The notes under the pieces: model-generated
What the model was told of the DNA's origin: nothing
Database searches by the model: none
What the model saw: only the letters and a program-made list of their open reading frames with translations
Program-made: the position numbers and the translations under genes
Assembly (NCBI GenBank): GCA_965218295.1
Contig: CBDCKN010000006.1
Span: 8,712 to 72,711, forward strand
Reading direction: 5' to 3'
Origin: Longimicrobiales bacterium
GTDB taxonomy: Bacteria; Gemmatimonadota; Gemmatimonadetes; Longimicrobiales; Gaopeijiaceae
DNA: 64,000 bases
Shown: positions 62,127 to 64,000 of the stretch, in pieces
Layout of the letters: every line of letters begins with the position of its first letter
Numbering within the stretch: the first letter of the stretch is position 1

Positions 62127-63293
62127 ATGGGCCGACACGGCAAGAAACTCACCGCCGCCTTCGTGCGAAGCGTCCACGAACCGGGCCTCTATTGGGACGA
62201 GCACGGCCTCGTGCTGCGGGTCAAGCCGTCCGGCTACAAGCAGTGGATCCAGCGGCTGTTCATCCACGGCAAGCGCAGGGAGCTGGGTCTCGGTCCCGTC
62301 CGCCTCGTGACGCTGGCCGAGGCGCGGGACGCGGCGCTCGCCAACCGCAAGGTGGCCCGTGCGGGGGGTGACCCCAGGGCGAAGCGGCGGAGTTCGGTGC
62401 CGTCGTTCGAGCAAGCGGCGGCCAAGGTGTTCGCCATGCACCGTCCGACGTGGACCACGAAGCACGCGGACCAGTGGATTTCGACGCTGCGCATGTACGC
62501 GTATCCGAGGATCGGACGGAAGCGCGTGGACTGGATCACGACGGGCGACGTGATGGGGGTGCTGCTTCCGATCTGGAACGAGAAGCACACGACGGCCACG
62601 CGGCTGCGGCAGCGGATCGGGACGGTCATGAAGTGGGCGATCGCGCAGGGCCACCGGGTGGACAACCCGGCCGGAGACGCCATCGCGGCGGCGTTGCCCA
62701 AACCCTCTCGCGTCCGGACACACCTCAAGGCGCCGCCGTACGGCGAGGTGGCCGAGGCGATCGAGGCGATCCGGCGATCCGAGGCCAACGTTTCGGTGAA
62801 GCTGGGGCTTGAGTTGCTGATGCTGACGGCCTGCCGGTCCGGCGAGGTTCGGGGTGCCCGCTGGGAGGAGATCGACATCGAGGGTGGCGTTTGGACGATT
62901 CCAGCCGAGCGCATGAAGAATCGGCGTCGGCACCGCGTGCCGCTGTCGGGGAGGGCAAGGGAGATCCTCGCGCAAGCCAAGGCGCACGCGCCCCGCTCGG
63001 AGTGGGTGTTCCCGTCTCCGAGGGGAGTTCGGTTGAGGGCCTTGGCCTTGAGCGACCTGCTGCGGACGCTGGGCATTGCGGCGGTGCCCCATGGGTTCAG
63101 GTCGAGTTTCCGGGACTGGGCGGCGGAGCGCACGGACGCGCCGCGCGCGGTCATGGAGGCGGCGTTGGCGCACGTGGTCCGCAACCAGGTAGAGGCGGCC
63201 TATGCCCGCTCGGATCTGTTCGAGCGCCGCCGCGTCCTGATGGACGATTGGGCAGAGTATCTGGCGGGCCGGAGAGCAAGCAGGGAGACCTGA
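62127..63293 (+). CDS. tyrosine recombinase/integrase, P4-like with arm-binding domain
   Basis: GLVLRVKPSGYKQW..GKRRELGLG..VTLAEAR; catalytic residues in CRSGE, RMK, HGFR, LAH and AAY. Confidence 0.95.
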   Translation: MGRHGKKLTAAFVRSVHEPGLYWDEHGLVLRVKPSGYKQWIQRLFIHGKRRELGLGPVRLVTLAEARDAALANRKVARAGGDPRAKRRSSVPSFEQAAAKVFAMHRPTWTTKHADQWISTLRMYAYPRIGRKRVDWITTGDVMGVLLPIWNEKHTTATRLRQRIGTVMKWAIAQGHRVDNPAGDAIAAALPKPSRVRTHLKAPPYGEVAEAIEAIRRSEANVSVKLGLELLMLTACRSGEVRGARWEEIDIEGGVWTIPAERMKNRRRHRVPLSGRAREILAQAKAHAPRSEWVFPSPRGVRLRALALSDLLRTLGIAAVPHGFRSSFRDWAAERTDAPRAVMEAALAHVVRNQVEAAYARSDLFERRRVLMDDWAEYLAGRRASRET

Positions 63294-64000
63294 TCCGACC
63301 CTGGGTGCCGCCCACTGTCCGTGACGGGCTCGGAGGCCGTTTCCGGCCGTTCCACGAGCATTTCGGGAAAGCTGCGGGCCGCAGGATCGCCTCTGACACA
63401 CGAACGCCGGTCGCCGAGGGGTACGGGTAGGGCGGAGCGCGGCCACGCGGCAGAGAGCGCCGCGGTCACCAGCGAGCGTCTGGTGGGCTCCCTGTCGATC
63501 ATCGTAGTCGCCCCCCTTGGCCGCCAGTCCTCGGAGCGACCGGCTCATGAACGGCTGGGGGTCCTTTCCGAGCTACTGCGAGATAGGCCCTCGCCCGCCG
63601 GTGCGGGCGGCGCTCAGAGCGCGTTTCGGAGGCGTCCGCAGGGCTGGCTTAGCCACGCTAAGGTGCCTAAGCCAGCCTACCCTTTGTGGGAACAAAGGGG
63701 CTGACGAGGGGCGGTCCCGCCCCTTCGATCCCCGGAAGCCCGCGCTGCGGCGGCAGGTCGCGGCACGGGGTCTCGCTCCCCCTCCGGGATGCGCGCGATC
63801 TGACCGCGGCGGTCGGGATGTACGTCCGCGTCCGCGCCGTCCCCGGCGGCAGCGGCGCGGACGGCGACACGCCCGCCCCCGGCCCTGCTTGCCAAGGCGC
63901 ATTGTTCCGGCGGCGTGCGCGGGGCGGGGTCCCCTTGCCGGTGCGGTGGTCAGCTACGCACCGCGCGGCAAGCTGGGGGTCCAAGGGGGGCGTGGCGTCC

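Larger units (their letters stand above)
62000..64000. mobile_element. probable left end of an integrative element or genomic island
   Basis: AT-rich junction, arm-like repeats, integrase, then hairpin-rich DNA with no convincing ORF; right boundary not in the window. Confidence 0.55.

Overview
GC-rich bacterial chromosomal window, mostly core genes on the + strand: secDF-tatD-mutL-miaA-bshA-uppP-birA-coaX, groES-groEL behind a perfect CIRCE, thrS-infC-rpmI-rplT-pheST-zapBA-rny-folD-xseAB-ispA-dxs-nadK-recN, and tRNA-Gly/tRNA-Cys. Gene order and protein style suggest Gemmatimonadota; this is inference, no search was run. Accessory content: a decaying TolC-HlyD-ABC export locus with a sigma-54 two-component system, a REC-GGDEF gene next to a GspE/PilB-REC fusion, two near-identical IS256-family copies with 8-bp target duplications, and a P4-like integrase at the right edge. 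The most striking unannotated signal is a family of at least 7 short non-coding, CTAG-bounded, inverted-repeat elements (MITE-like, two subfamilies, with a nested deletion series). Four of them overlap TAG stop codons without breaking the genes. Also found: a candidate ~170-nt structured RNA before infC, an hpnH N-terminal relic and a tandem duplication of the tRNA-Cys 3' end. Several single-base frameshifts in short runs may be sequencing errors.
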